DNA of 50,721 nucleotides from an uncultured Bacillales bacterium (GTDB lineage Bacteria; Bacillota_I; Bacilli_A; RFN20; CAG-826): NCBI GenBank assembly GCA_946647665.1, contig CAMPCW010000002.1, positions 1 to 50,721 of the forward strand, read 5' to 3'. Shown piece by piece: positions 9,694 to 19,567 of this stretch (position 1 is its first letter; each line of letters starts with the position of its first letter). The notes under the pieces were generated by a model. It saw only the letters and a program-made list of their open reading frames with translations, ran no database searches and was not told where the DNA came from. The position numbers and the translations under genes were made by a program.

Positions 9694-10536
9694 TTATTTA
9701 ATAATATCTTTTATGTGATTTTTTCTTACTTTGAAAGCTTCAGAAACGAAATCTATAGCGTCTTTTTTGCTTAATCCTTTTTCCACTAAAGTATTAACTA
9801 AATGAATGACTTTTTCATCATTAATAGACTCGATTTCTTCTTTATTGCCATCTACAATTATGACCATCTCACCTTTTAAGGTGTTTTCGTCAATATTAAC
9901 TAATTCAGATAGCGTTCCAATTATATTTTCTTCATTAATCTTCGTTAACTCTCTTTGAAGAGATGCTTTTCTATCTCCTAAGACTTCTATAAGAAGTTTT
10001 AAGGTCTTAACAATTCGATGTGGAGATTCATAGAAAATTAATGTTTCTTTTTTATCTTTGATAAGTTGTAATTCTTCTTTTGCCTCATTTTCTTTTGCAG
10101 ATAAAAAGCCATGGAAATAGAAATGAGTTGTGTCTAAGCCCGATCTAACTAAGGCATTAATAAATGCTGAACTTCCTGAAATAGTGGAAACAGCGATATC
10201 ATTTTCTAAACAAAGTTTAGTTAATATATAGCCTGGGTCAGAAATACCAGGGTACCCTGCATCAGACATATATGCTACTTTTTTGCCTGCTTTAATTTGT
10301 TTAATTAAATTTAAACTTGCCTCTACTTCGTTATGTTCTCTTAATGAGACTGTTGGTTTTTTAATATTAAACTTTCTTAGAAGTTCTAGAGTATTTCTAG
10401 TGTCTTCTGCAGCAATTAAATCCATATCGTTAATAATTTCAATGGCGCGAGAAGAAAACTCTCCTAAATTTCCTATAGGAGTGGCAATTAAATATAAAAG
10501 TTTATGTGTATCATCAAACGATTTAATTCTTTTCAT
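9694..10536 (-). CDS. rsmI: 16S rRNA (cytidine1402-2'-O)-methyltransferase
   Basis: LYLIATPIGNLGEFS, EDTR and FYESPHR motifs. Confidence 0.9.
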   Translation of the reverse strand: MKRIKSFDDTHKLLYLIATPIGNLGEFSSRAIEIINDMDLIAAEDTRNTLELLRKFNIKKPTVSLREHNEVEASLNLIKQIKAGKKVAYMSDAGYPGISDPGYILTKLCLENDIAVSTISGSSAFINALVRSGLDTTHFYFHGFLSAKENEAKEELQLIKDKKETLIFYESPHRIVKTLKLLIEVLGDRKASLQRELTKINEENIIGTLSELVNIDENTLKGEMVIIVDGNKEEIESINDEKVIHLVNTLVEKGLSKKDAIDFVSEAFKVRKNHIKDIIK

Positions 10537-11374
10537 TCTTATTTTCGTTTTTTCTTAAGCGATAATGAGTTTGTTCAAAGAACTCTTTTAGTGATAACAC
10601 TTTAGTGTCTTCTTCGTTATCCAACCTCACTGTTTTAGAAATGACATTAATATTAGTTACTTCAAATTGAACTTTATCAATAAATACTTTTGTACCGACT
10701 TCAGGGAATTCTTTCTTTAAGTCAGTATAAGCATCATCTTCATATTTTAAACAGCACATAAGCTTGCCGCATTGTCCAGATAGTTTTGGAATATTGATAG
10801 CAAGCATTTGATTCTTCGCTCTATTAATGGATATGCCATCAAATTCTGAGGAAAAACTTGCGCAACAAAGTGGTAGCCCACATAATCCTATTCCGCCAAT
10901 CATTTTAGCTTTATCTCGAGAGCCAATTTGACGCAATTCAATACGGGTATGGAGTCTACTTGCTAAGGCCTTTAAAAGCTCACGGAAATCTACTCTTTCA
11001 TCAGCCACATAAGTGAAGATAACTTTGCTTTTATCTAAGGTATATTGGCAAGATAATGGATTCATATCTAAATTTGCTTTTTTGACTTCGCTTTTGCAAA
11101 TATCTAGGGCAATTTCCGCATCTTTTAGATTAATTTCATGTAATTTGATGTCCGTCTCAGTTGCTTTTCTAACGACTGGTTTAAGCTCTAATTGAGAGTG
11201 ATATTCTTCAATAGAAATAGGCTTTACTTGGACTTCTCCAAGCTCTGGTCCGTGAGTAGTTTCAACGACTACTTTATCACCAACTTTTAAATCTAAATTT
11301 TTCGCGCCAAAAAAGTAACAGTGGTTTGCGTATACAAATTTAATTCCAACGTAGCAATCGAATTTATTATCCAT
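10523..11374 (-). CDS. ricT: PSP1-domain protein (YaaT/RicT family)
   Basis: PSP1 C-terminal Cys-rich block GLCGLPLCC..GQCGKLMCCLKYE; conserved position between holB and rsmI. Confidence 0.85.
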   Translation of the reverse strand: MDNKFDCYVGIKFVYANHCYFFGAKNLDLKVGDKVVVETTHGPELGEVQVKPISIEEYHSQLELKPVVRKATETDIKLHEINLKDAEIALDICKSEVKKANLDMNPLSCQYTLDKSKVIFTYVADERVDFRELLKALASRLHTRIELRQIGSRDKAKMIGGIGLCGLPLCCASFSSEFDGISINRAKNQMLAINIPKLSGQCGKLMCCLKYEDDAYTDLKKEFPEVGTKVFIDKVQFEVTNINVISKTVRLDNEEDTKVLSLKEFFEQTHYRLRKNENKNEKN

Positions 11375-11378
11375 ATTT

Positions 11379-12371
11379 TTATTCCTTTACGATATATAAG
11401 ATGATGTGATCAATCTGGAGCGAAATATTAAGATTCATATTAACTAGATTTCTTTGCTTTAATATTTCCGCTAAAGATTGCTCAATATGAGGAAGCTTAT
11501 TTTTTAAGCTAGTCAATATTGTAGCATAACTTTTCAAATAGACATCTCTATTACATTTTAGATTTAGTAAATCTTCAAATACTTCACTTAACAAATCCAC
11601 AAAGAATCTCATTTCTTCTTTTGTTTTAATTAGCGGAATTATTTCTTTTTGGACATAATAAGTTGCGTCTTTATCATTTCCGCTTTCAAAAACCTCTAAT
11701 AGACCTTTTATGGCGTTTTTAGAAATAAAATAATTTTCACTTTCTTCTTTATCTTTTAAGAAGTCAAAAATTAGTTCACTGTCATTGTAAAAATAAGATA
11801 AAAGCTCAGCATCTTCTTGATTTATAGATAAATCTATAGCCTCATCTATAATTGTTTGTCTATCGATGCTTTTAAGATTTAAAGTTTGGCATCTAGAAAT
11901 AATAGTAGGAAGAACATTATTTAAATTATTGGTGGTTAAGAAAGCATATACTTCCCCTTCTGGTTCTTCTAAAAATTTGAGGATTGAATTAACTGCCTCT
12001 AATGTCATATTTTCTACTAGATGAACTACATAAATCATAATGCCTTTTGTCTCAAAAGCAGTTTTTTCAAATCTGGACTCGATGTTTAAAACATCTTCCT
12101 TCTTGATTGTTGATTTACTTCCATCAAGAATCATTACATCTGGATAGTTGTCACTTTCAATTCTTAAACAAGTAATGCAATTCAAACAAGCTAACGGACT
12201 AGGATCATCACATAAAATTGATTTTGCTAAAAAAGTCGCAGTCTCTAGTAGTGGAGTTCCTGGATTACCCACCAATAAATAAGCATGTGAAAGACTTTTA
12301 TTCTTTAAAGAATTTGCAAAAGTTTGATAAATGATTGGTTGCCTATTTCTTAGATAATTATCTATTTGCAT
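11379..12371 (-). CDS. holB: DNA polymerase III delta' subunit
   Basis: [12 protein letters not shown] and SRCQ motifs; lies downstream of tmk. Confidence 0.85.
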   Translation of the reverse strand: MQIDNYLRNRQPIIYQTFANSLKNKSLSHAYLLVGNPGTPLLETATFLAKSILCDDPSPLACLNCITCLRIESDNYPDVMILDGSKSTIKKEDVLNIESRFEKTAFETKGIMIYVVHLVENMTLEAVNSILKFLEEPEGEVYAFLTTNNLNNVLPTIISRCQTLNLKSIDRQTIIDEAIDLSINQEDAELLSYFYNDSELIFDFLKDKEESENYFISKNAIKGLLEVFESGNDKDATYYVQKEIIPLIKTKEEMRFFVDLLSEVFEDLLNLKCNRDVYLKSYATILTSLKNKLPHIEQSLAEILKQRNLVNMNLNISLQIDHIILYIVKE

Positions 12372-12982
12372 AATCTAGATAAGATTGCATCTAAAGTAGC
12401 TTTAGCTACTTCCTCTCTACTTTTAGATGCGTCTATAATCACATATCTTTCTGGATAACGTTTTGCTAAGTCCAAGAAAGTGTTTCTGACTTTATGGTGG
12501 AATTCTAATTTTTCTAAATCTAAACGATTGACTTCTCTAGATGCATTAGCAGCGATTCTTTTTAATCCTTCTTCAGGAGTTATATCAAATAACAAAGTTA
12601 AATCTGGGAAAGTGTTTTCGGTAGCAAACATATTAACATTTAAAATGTTATCAATGCCTAATCCTCTTGCGCCGCCTTGATAAGCTAAAGAAGAATCTAA
12701 ATAGCGATCACAAATGACAATTTTGCCTTCTTTTAAAGCAGGCCAGACTTTTTCCACTAAATGTTGTCTTCTACTAGCGGCATATAATAAAGTTTCTGTT
12801 CTAGGATCCATCTTAGTGTTGTCTTTATCTAGAATGACATTTCTAATTTGTTCTGCAATAGGGGTGCCACCTGGTTCTCTAGTTCTAACAATTTGATAGC
12901 CACGTGCCTCTAATTCTTTAACAGCAGCTTCAACGGCAGTAGTCTTTCCGCTACCTTCAGGTCCTTCTAATGTTATAAACAT
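12362..12982 (-). CDS. tmk: Thymidylate kinase
   Basis: [15 protein letters not shown]-loop and DRY..SS.AYQG block. Confidence 0.95.
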   Translation of the reverse strand: MFITLEGPEGSGKTTAVEAAVKELEARGYQIVRTREPGGTPIAEQIRNVILDKDNTKMDPRTETLLYAASRRQHLVEKVWPALKEGKIVICDRYLDSSLAYQGGARGLGIDNILNVNMFATENTFPDLTLLFDITPEEGLKRIAANASREVNRLDLEKLEFHHKVRNTFLDLAKRYPERYVIIDASKSREEVAKATLDAILSRLCK

Positions 12983-12997
12983 AATGTTCGTATCCTC

Positions 12998-13594
12998 CTA
13001 GATTTTATGTCTTCCTTCTAAGGCTTTTGATAAGGTTAATGGGTCAACGTAATCAAGATTACCACCCATTTGTAAACCATAGGCTAGACGAGTAACTTTT
13101 ATTTCATATCTTTCTAATAACTTATTCAAATATCCAGATGTTGTTTCTCCATCAATTGTTGGATTTGTGGCTAAAATAATTTCTTTGATATTTCCCTCAT
13201 CTAATCTTTTAAATAAAGATTCGATATTTAAATTCGAAACATCTAATCCCTTTGATAAAGAGATTTCTCCATTTAATACATGATATAAACCGTTATATGC
13301 TCCAGACTTTTCTAATGACATTACATCTTTAGGATAAGAGACAATCATCAACGAAGTTTGATCTCTGGTAGAGTCATCGCAAATATAGCAGCCATCTATA
13401 TCAGAAATCATTCCACAGATTGGACAAAAATGGATTTTTTCTTTTAAGGAACTTATTGCACAAGCAATATCTTTTAATTCATCATCTGGAAAATCTAAAA
13501 GAGAATATGCCATACGTTCGGCGCTTTTCTTACCGACTCCTGGAAGTTTAGATAATTGTTCTTGTAGTGTTTCTAAAGATTTTAAATTCTTCAT
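12998..13594 (-). CDS. recR: Recombination protein RecR
   Basis: LPGVGKKSAERMA HhH motif, C4 zinc finger CPICG...CYIC and a Toprim domain. Confidence 0.95.
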   Translation of the reverse strand: MKNLKSLETLQEQLSKLPGVGKKSAERMAYSLLDFPDDELKDIACAISSLKEKIHFCPICGMISDIDGCYICDDSTRDQTSLMIVSYPKDVMSLEKSGAYNGLYHVLNGEISLSKGLDVSNLNIESLFKRLDEGNIKEIILATNPTIDGETTSGYLNKLLERYEIKVTRLAYGLQMGGNLDYVDPLTLSKALEGRHKI

Positions 13595-13899
13595 TAGAAA
13601 CCAAGTCCTCCAGATTTTCCCGCAATTTTTTCATCTATTTCAGATGCTAACTCATCAATTTGAGAGAATAATTCATTTAAACCATCTCTAATAAGTTCTT
13701 CAACCATCTCTTTATTATCTAGTTCATATCCATCTTCTTCGATATTGATAGAAACAATTTCTTTAGAGCCTAAAACAGTGATATTCACTAAACCTGCTTT
13801 ATTCACTTTAAATTCCTTGGCTTCGAGTTCAGCATGGGCTTTTTGAAGTTCTCTTTGGGCCTTTTGCATTTGCATGACCATTTGTTGCATTGGGTTCAT
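13594..13899 (-). CDS. ybaB: YbaB/EbfC nucleoid-associated protein
   Basis: 101 aa, located between dnaX and recR; MQKAQ..LQ coiled N-terminus. Confidence 0.9.
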   Translation of the reverse strand: MNPMQQMVMQMQKAQRELQKAHAELEAKEFKVNKAGLVNITVLGSKEIVSINIEEDGYELDNKEMVEELIRDGLNELFSQIDELASEIDEKIAGKSGGLGF

Positions 13900-13903
13900 A
13901 TAA

Positions 13904-15613
13904 TTATTCTCCTATAAATTCAAGATACACGTCCTTCGCTTTTGGTAATTTTCCGATTTGCAAAAGATTCATATATAAAGCTTGTAAATCAATGGATTGG
14001 TTTCTGCTGACGGCGTAGATAAACATATGTTTATTAAATATGTGATTAATAACAGTTTGTAAATCTGCTTGCATATCTTTAGAATTTACTTTCTCTGCTA
14101 GCTTAGCTAGAGGATATTCAAGGATTAGCACTTTTGATGAAGCCACTAATGGACGACCATCAATCAGTAAAGTTGCAGCTTTTCCATATGTTTCATGAGT
14201 GGATAATTTCTTGATATTTTTCCATCCATCAACTAATTCTGACTTAATTTCTTTTTTAGAGATTGCCATTACTTGAACCATGAGTTCGTCGCTGATTGCG
14301 AAACTATCTTCTTGCTCTGCATCCTTTAAATATATGACATTCTCAATTTTATCGATATTATCAGAAAGTACACGTGCTCCTTCAAGTTTTTCACTGTTTT
14401 CTTCTAAAATTGTATCTTTGATTTTTGGTGTTTCAACCTTTACTTCAATTGGTTTTTCAATAACAGGTTTTATAACCTCTTTAACAACAACTTTTTCCTC
14501 AACCTTTGGCTGTTCAATAACCTTTTGAGTTGCAGTAGTTTCTAAAGATGTAAGCTTGATTAAAGTTATTTCGAATAAAGGATTGATAGACGTGACATTT
14601 TTATAGTCTTTGATGGCGCTGAGCAAGATATCGATCATCATCAATGCTTTTTCATTTGAAATATATTTTGCTAAATCTGAAGCTTCTTCCTCTTTTAATG
14701 ACTCAAGGTAGTTACCGATATTTGAAGAGTTATAAATCACAATATCTTTTAAAATAGATAACAAGTCTTCGCTTAGACGTTTAATGTCAGTCCCTTTAGT
14801 AACATAATTATTTAATCTAGAAAGGACATCACTCATATCGTGATTTACTATCGATTTTAAGAGTTTAATCTTTTCTTCCTTTGATTCTAAGGCAAAGATG
14901 TTTAAAACGTCTTCTACTATTAATCTATTATTAGAATAGGCTAAAACTTTTTCTAAGATGCTTAAAGCATCTCTCATACCACCGTCTGCTAAAGAAACAA
15001 TAAGTTCTACTGCATCTTCAACATATTCTACATTTTCATTTAATAAGATAGCCTTTAATCTTTCTTTGATGTCAACTTCACTAACCTTAGTAAAATCATA
15101 TCTTTGACATCTAGATAAAATTGTTGGAAGGATTTTATGAGGTTCTGTAGTTGCCAAAATAAAAATTACGTGTTCTGGTGGTTCTTCTAGAGTTTTTAAT
15201 AAGGCGTTAAATGCCCCAGCGGATAACATATGGACTTCGTCAATAATATAAACCTTGTATCTTCCAAGAATTGTTCCGTATTTGACTTTGTCAATTAGTT
15301 CTCTAATTTCATCAACGCCATTATTGCTTGCTGCGTCTAGCTCTAATACATCAGGATGATTGCCTTCAATAATAGAAACACAGTTTTTACATTCATTACA
15401 TTGATGGCCAATGCCTTGTTCACAGTTTAATGCTTTGGCAAAGAGTTTAGCCATAGTGGTTTTTCCTGTACCCCTAGGACCTGCAAATAAATATGCATGA
15501 GCAATCTTTCCAGTTGCTAATGCATTTTTTAAAGTTTTAACGATATGTTCTTGTCCTGCAACTTCGTCAAATGTTTGAGGACGATATGTTCTATATAATG
15601 CTTTATATGCCAT
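13904..15613 (-). CDS. dnaX: DNA polymerase III subunit tau/gamma
   Basis: GPRGTGKTT Walker A, zinc module CNEC..C, DEVHMLS and SRCQRYDF. Confidence 0.95.
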   Translation of the reverse strand: MAYKALYRTYRPQTFDEVAGQEHIVKTLKNALATGKIAHAYLFAGPRGTGKTTMAKLFAKALNCEQGIGHQCNECKNCVSIIEGNHPDVLELDAASNNGVDEIRELIDKVKYGTILGRYKVYIIDEVHMLSAGAFNALLKTLEEPPEHVIFILATTEPHKILPTILSRCQRYDFTKVSEVDIKERLKAILLNENVEYVEDAVELIVSLADGGMRDALSILEKVLAYSNNRLIVEDVLNIFALESKEEKIKLLKSIVNHDMSDVLSRLNNYVTKGTDIKRLSEDLLSILKDIVIYNSSNIGNYLESLKEEEASDLAKYISNEKALMMIDILLSAIKDYKNVTSINPLFEITLIKLTSLETTATQKVIEQPKVEEKVVVKEVIKPVIEKPIEVKVETPKIKDTILEENSEKLEGARVLSDNIDKIENVIYLKDAEQEDSFAISDELMVQVMAISKKEIKSELVDGWKNIKKLSTHETYGKAATLLIDGRPLVASSKVLILEYPLAKLAEKVNSKDMQADLQTVINHIFNKHMFIYAVSRNQSIDLQALYMNLLQIGKLPKAKDVYLEFIGE

Positions 15614-15735
15614 AAAATAATTTACCTTTTTCTAGTATAACTTAATAATCAAAGAGTTTGAAGAATTAATATAAATATTAAGTATCTTTGTCTTTTTTAA
15701 ATAGTATGCTACAATAACTCGCGGAAAAGAAAATT

Positions 15736-16812
15736 ATGGAAGAAAGTATGTTTCAAAGACTAAACGTTGCTTGCAAACGTTTAGAAGAAATTGATCAAGA
15801 ATTATTAGATGAAAATACGATGAAAGATATTCGTCATTTTCGTGATATTTCTAAAGAAAGAGCAAATTTAGAACCTCAAGTTGAAGCTTTTAATAAATAC
15901 AAAAAGAATCTCGAAGAACTTGAAGGTGCTTATGAGATGTCAAATGATTCTGACCCAGAACTATCAGAAATGGGCAAAGAAGAAATCAAAAGGCTTACAA
16001 AAGAAAATGAAGAACTTGAAGAGCAATTAAAATTGTTGCTTCTTCCAAAAGATCCTAATGACGATAAAAATATTATTGTTGAAATTAGAGGCGCTGCTGG
16101 AGGAGATGAAGCAAATATCTTTGCAGGTGACTTGTTTAGAATGTATACAAGATATGCTGAAGCACAAGGATGGAAGATTCAAATGCTAGATGAATATCCT
16201 TCTGAAGCTGGTGGATTCTCTCAAGTATCTTTTATGATTAAAGGAAAAATGGTGTACTCCAAACTTAAGTTTGAAAGTGGCGCACATCGTGTACAAAGAG
16301 TCCCTAAAACCGAGGCAAGTGGTCGCATCCACACTTCTACTGCAACAGTTTTAGTCATGCCTGAAGCTGAAGAAATTGATATTGAAATTAATCCTAACGA
16401 CTTACAAGTTGATACATATCACTCTCAAGGTGCCGGTGGACAAAATGTTAATAAAACCGAATCTGCTGTTCGTATTACACATATTCCTACTGGAATCGTT
16501 GTTGCTTGCCAAACTGAAAAGTCTCAAATTCAAAATAGAGAAATAGCAATGCAGATGTTAAGAACCAAGATGTATTCGACTATGCTTGAGAAGCAACAAG
16601 AAGAAATTGGCAACGAACGTAGATTAAAAATTGGTACTGGTGAAAGAAGCGAAAAGATAAGAACTTACAACTATCCTCAAAACCGTGTTACAGATCATAG
16701 AATTGGATTTACTATTCAACAACTTGATCGAGTAATGGAAGGTGAATTAGATTCTATTGTTGAAGCATTGATACATTATGATCAATCTTTAAAATTGGCT
16801 GGTGAGAATTAA
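15736..16812 (+). CDS. prfA: Peptide chain release factor 1
   Basis: PKT tripeptide (RVPKTE) and GGQNVNK motif. The true start may be ATG 15748 (MFQRL..), which matches usual RF1 N-termini. Confidence 0.95.
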   Translation: MEESMFQRLNVACKRLEEIDQELLDENTMKDIRHFRDISKERANLEPQVEAFNKYKKNLEELEGAYEMSNDSDPELSEMGKEEIKRLTKENEELEEQLKLLLLPKDPNDDKNIIVEIRGAAGGDEANIFAGDLFRMYTRYAEAQGWKIQMLDEYPSEAGGFSQVSFMIKGKMVYSKLKFESGAHRVQRVPKTEASGRIHTSTATVLVMPEAEEIDIEINPNDLQVDTYHSQGAGGQNVNKTESAVRITHIPTGIVVACQTEKSQIQNREIAMQMLRTKMYSTMLEKQQEEIGNERRLKIGTGERSEKIRTYNYPQNRVTDHRIGFTIQQLDRVMEGELDSIVEALIHYDQSLKLAGEN

Positions 16813-17678
16813 TGACTTACCGCGAAAAATTTTTCGAACTTAAAAAATTAGACAATCAATATATCAACCAAACATCTATTAAATCTTTATTAATTGATAA
16901 TGGTGGATTTGTTGATTTTTTTGATTTGTTAAAGCATTTTGATGAAGAAATAAAAGATGAAAATAAGCTAAACAAGCAAATTGATAGATTAACCTCTGGA
17001 GAACCACTTCAATATATCTTAGGATATGCTTATTTTGTTAATAGTAATTATAAAGTTAATCCTGATGTTTTAATTCCTCGCCAAGAGACAGAACAACTTG
17101 CTGTCTCTACAATGACAAAGATTGTTAGATTGTTCGGTAAGGATCCAAAGATAAAAATAGTTGATATCGGAACTGGCTCAGGTATTTTAGGCATTTATTT
17201 AAAGGAATATTTCAAAAATTGCACTGTGATTTGCACTGATATTTCGTTAAAAGCTTTAGAAATTGCAAGAAGTAACGCTAAAGATCATAATGTTCAAATC
17301 GACTTTCGAAATGGTGATATGCTTGAGCCTATTTCTAACGAGTCCAATATCTCTGTTATAGTGTCTAATCCACCATATATCAGAAGCAAGGAAACTGTTT
17401 CAAGCCAAACTTTAGAATATGAGCCATACCTGGCTTTGTTTGCTAATCCTGCCATTAAATTTTATAAAGAAATATTAACCTCTATTGACGAACAATTATT
17501 ACATGATAAAAAGTTTTTAATTGCTTTTGAAATCGGCGAAGATATGGAAGAAGAACTAACTAATTTATTAGAAGAGAAATATGCTGGACTACTTTATAGT
17601 TTTGACAAAGATATGTATGGCAAAACTAGATTTTTATATATTATTAATAACAAGGATTTAACTGATGCACTCAACTAA
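16812..17678 (+). CDS. prmC: Release-factor glutamine N5-methyltransferase
   Basis: DIGTGSG SAM motif and NPPY motif; start overlaps the prfA stop. Confidence 0.9.
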   Translation: MTYREKFFELKKLDNQYINQTSIKSLLIDNGGFVDFFDLLKHFDEEIKDENKLNKQIDRLTSGEPLQYILGYAYFVNSNYKVNPDVLIPRQETEQLAVSTMTKIVRLFGKDPKIKIVDIGTGSGILGIYLKEYFKNCTVICTDISLKALEIARSNAKDHNVQIDFRNGDMLEPISNESNISVIVSNPPYIRSKETVSSQTLEYEPYLALFANPAIKFYKEILTSIDEQLLHDKKFLIAFEIGEDMEEELTNLLEEKYAGLLYSFDKDMYGKTRFLYIINNKDLTDALN

Positions 17679-18258
17679 AGAATTTGAACTCGCTAAAAGA
17701 ACTCTCGATCAATCTAAAGTCATTGCTTTTCCTACTGAAACTGTGATGGGTTTAGGTGTTTATTATAATGATTTTGTAGCGTACAAACTTCTAAATCAAA
17801 TTAAAGGACGCCCAGAAGATAAACCATATACTTTAATGCTTGGCTCTACTTCTGATATTCAAGATTTTGCTTATGTCGGTCAAAGAGATTTAAAAATTAT
17901 TCAAGCTTTTATGCCAGGAGCGATTACTATTTTGTTAAAAAGTAGAGGCAACGTTCCTTCATATGTTACTCATAATACAGGTATTATTGGTATTAGAGTT
18001 CCTGATATTAAACTTGTTCAAGATTTAATTATGTATCTAGGAACCCCGTTACTTGTTCCTTCTGCTAATAAAAGTGGAAGTAAGCCTGCAATCACTTCTA
18101 AAGAAGTAAAAGAAATTTTCAATAATGAAGTTGGGTTTATTTTTGAAGGATCAGCTTTTGGAGGAGTTCCTTCAACAATTGTTGACCTTACAGGAGAACA
18201 AGTTAAAATTGTTAGAGAAGGGCCTATATCTTTTAAAGATATTGAAAGGGTCTTATAG
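17665..18258 (+). CDS. tsaC: L-threonylcarbamoyladenylate synthase (TsaC/YwlC/Sua5 family)
   Basis: FPTETVMGLG, KGRP..KP and PSANKSG motifs. Confidence 0.85.
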   Translation: MHSTKEFELAKRTLDQSKVIAFPTETVMGLGVYYNDFVAYKLLNQIKGRPEDKPYTLMLGSTSDIQDFAYVGQRDLKIIQAFMPGAITILLKSRGNVPSYVTHNTGIIGIRVPDIKLVQDLIMYLGTPLLVPSANKSGSKPAITSKEVKEIFNNEVGFIFEGSAFGGVPSTIVDLTGEQVKIVREGPISFKDIERVL

Positions 18259-18269
18259 GAGGTATCAAT

Positions 18270-18707
18270 ATGAAAATCGCAGTTGGTAGTGATCATGGTG
18301 GTTTTGAATATAAAAACGCTATTGCGAAGCATTTAAAAGAATTAGGACATGAAGTAATTGATGTTGGCACTTATTCTTTAGATAGCTGTCATTATCCTTT
18401 ATACGGTGCTGAAGTAGCTAAAAAAGTAGCATCAAAAGAATGCCGCTTTGGTGTTGTTGTTTGCACCAGTGGAGAAGGTATTTCTATGGCTGCAAATAAA
18501 ATTCATGGTGTTAGATGTGGCATTGCATATAATGATGATGTTGCAAGATTAATGAGACAACATAATGACGCTAATGTTATCTCATTTGGCCAAAAATTTA
18601 TGAACTTAGAAGATGTTCTTAGAAGAGTTGATATCTTCCTAAATACCGAGTTTGAAGGTGGCAGACATCTAACTCGTGTTGAGATGATTAACGATTTAGA
18701 AAAATAA
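18270..18707 (+). CDS. rpiB: Ribose-5-phosphate isomerase B
   Basis: MKIAVGSDHGGFEYK and CTSGEGISMAANK motifs. Confidence 0.9.
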   Translation: MKIAVGSDHGGFEYKNAIAKHLKELGHEVIDVGTYSLDSCHYPLYGAEVAKKVASKECRFGVVVCTSGEGISMAANKIHGVRCGIAYNDDVARLMRQHNDANVISFGQKFMNLEDVLRRVDIFLNTEFEGGRHLTRVEMINDLEK

Positions 18708-18727
18708 TTTTAAATAATATTCGAAAT

Positions 18728-18749
18728 AAAGGCCTATGGCCTTTTTTTA
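18728..18749 (+). terminator. Rho-independent terminator of the prfA-rpiB operon
   Basis: AAAGGCC-TAT-GGCCTTT followed by a T-run. Confidence 0.8.
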
Positions 18750-18770
18750 TTTTTCAGAAAAAAATCTGAT

Positions 18771-18818
18771 TTTTTTTCACAAGAAATTAAAAAAATCCAC
18801 TCTTTATATATTGTAGGG
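18771..18818 (+). promoter_or_regulatory. Conserved promoter module, copy A
   Basis: 46 of 48 nt are identical to 45612-45659 (TTTTTTTCRCAAGAAATTAAAAAAATCCACTCTTTATATAWTGTAGGG). It contains the -10-like TATATT at 18807-18812 and no TTGACA-like -35. Confidence 0.6.
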
Positions 18819-18835
18819 GGTTTAGAAATGCTAAA

Positions 18836-19043
18836 TGATATTCTCCACCTATTTGTTCTTTTAGAGAAACGAAATATATTACGTAAAGGATGAACACGAG
18901 CCATCATATCCTAAGAAGCGCCTATTCACGTAGAGTATGAACTATCCCCAGAACAAAAAGAACTAACAGATAAATTAGTGGAAAACTCTAAAAAGGGAAT
19001 TGATAGCTTGGCTTTTGCGGTGTGTGGTTCCTCAAAGGCATGA
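18836..19043 (+). pseudogene. Decayed orphan 5' fragment of a comFA gene
   Basis: Nucleotide and protein homology to 19600-19818. The fragment reads ..PIHVEYELSPEQKELTDKLVENSKKGIDSLAFAVCGS and the intact gene reads ..PIHLEYELSPEQKILSDKLVENYKKGIDSLVFAVCGS. The fragment has a 1-nt indel, internal deletions that remove the zinc-finger codons, and stops. Confidence 0.75.
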
Positions 19044-19071
19044 AATCCATAACAGAAAAGAGGTGAATCAA

Positions 19072-19476
19072 ATGAGCAAAAAGAAAAGAAAACACAAAAT
19101 AACATTAGAAATAGGATAGTTCTATAGAGTTTTAGACGGAAGTCCAGGTGGACATCCTGGGCAAATATACAAAATTGACAATGAAGATAAAGCTTTTTAT
19201 GCAATTATTACAGGATCGATGAGTGAAGATGAATTTAAAAGACTTGGATTGAGAAAAGGATTTTACAAATTAAAACACCCAACAGATCAAAATGTAGTTA
19301 TTTCTTTAGTTAAGAAAAGACCATTCGTTGGAGATAGAAATGATTATGGTGAAAAAGAGTACCCTGACATGTCGTTTGATGATGAAGACATGTATTTAAT
19401 AATCAAGGTTCAAAATAGTAACCCGATATATGGGTCATATTATAAAATGCGCAAAAAAATAAAAAAGCCCCGTTAA
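19072..19476 (+). pseudogene. Small hypothetical gene interrupted by an in-frame TAG
   Basis: ATG 19072 follows SD GAGGTG. It reads MSKKKRKHKITLEIG, then TAG (19117-19119), then continues in the same frame as FYRVLDGSPGGHPGQIYKIDNEDKAFYAIITGSMSEDEF... to 19476. The ORF track shows only the distal 85 aa. Confidence 0.5.
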
Positions 19477-19567
19477 TGGAGCTACACAGTTTCCTGTGAG
19501 TCGGCATCAAACTAGTGATGACCACGACCATGTCTATATTAAATCAAAAGAAAGGAGATAATACAAT

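Noticed and set aside
15614-15735. SRP RNA (scr) upstream of dnaX, and a raiA-motif RNA downstream of comFC (21339..21436), both expected from Firmicutes synteny.
   Set aside because: The intergenic regions are only ~120 and ~100 nt. They lack the conserved SRP domain IV sequence and any long structured element, and look like plain promoter regions.
18758-18779. ComK-box reading (AAAA-N5-TTTT) of A7-TCTGA-T8 just upstream of promoter module copy A.
   Set aside because: The corresponding position of copy B (A6-TTTTTAAC-T7) does not keep the AAAA-N5-TTTT spacing. A/T runs are also common after terminators in this AT-rich DNA.
18926-19204. Minus-strand ORFs 18926..19204 and 19774..19980 in the comFA region.
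   Set aside because: Both run antisense to the comFA-homologous segments. Their shared ending ..HTAKAKLSIPFL / ..HTAKTRLSIPFL is just the reverse translation of the duplicated comFA 5' sequence, not an independent gene.
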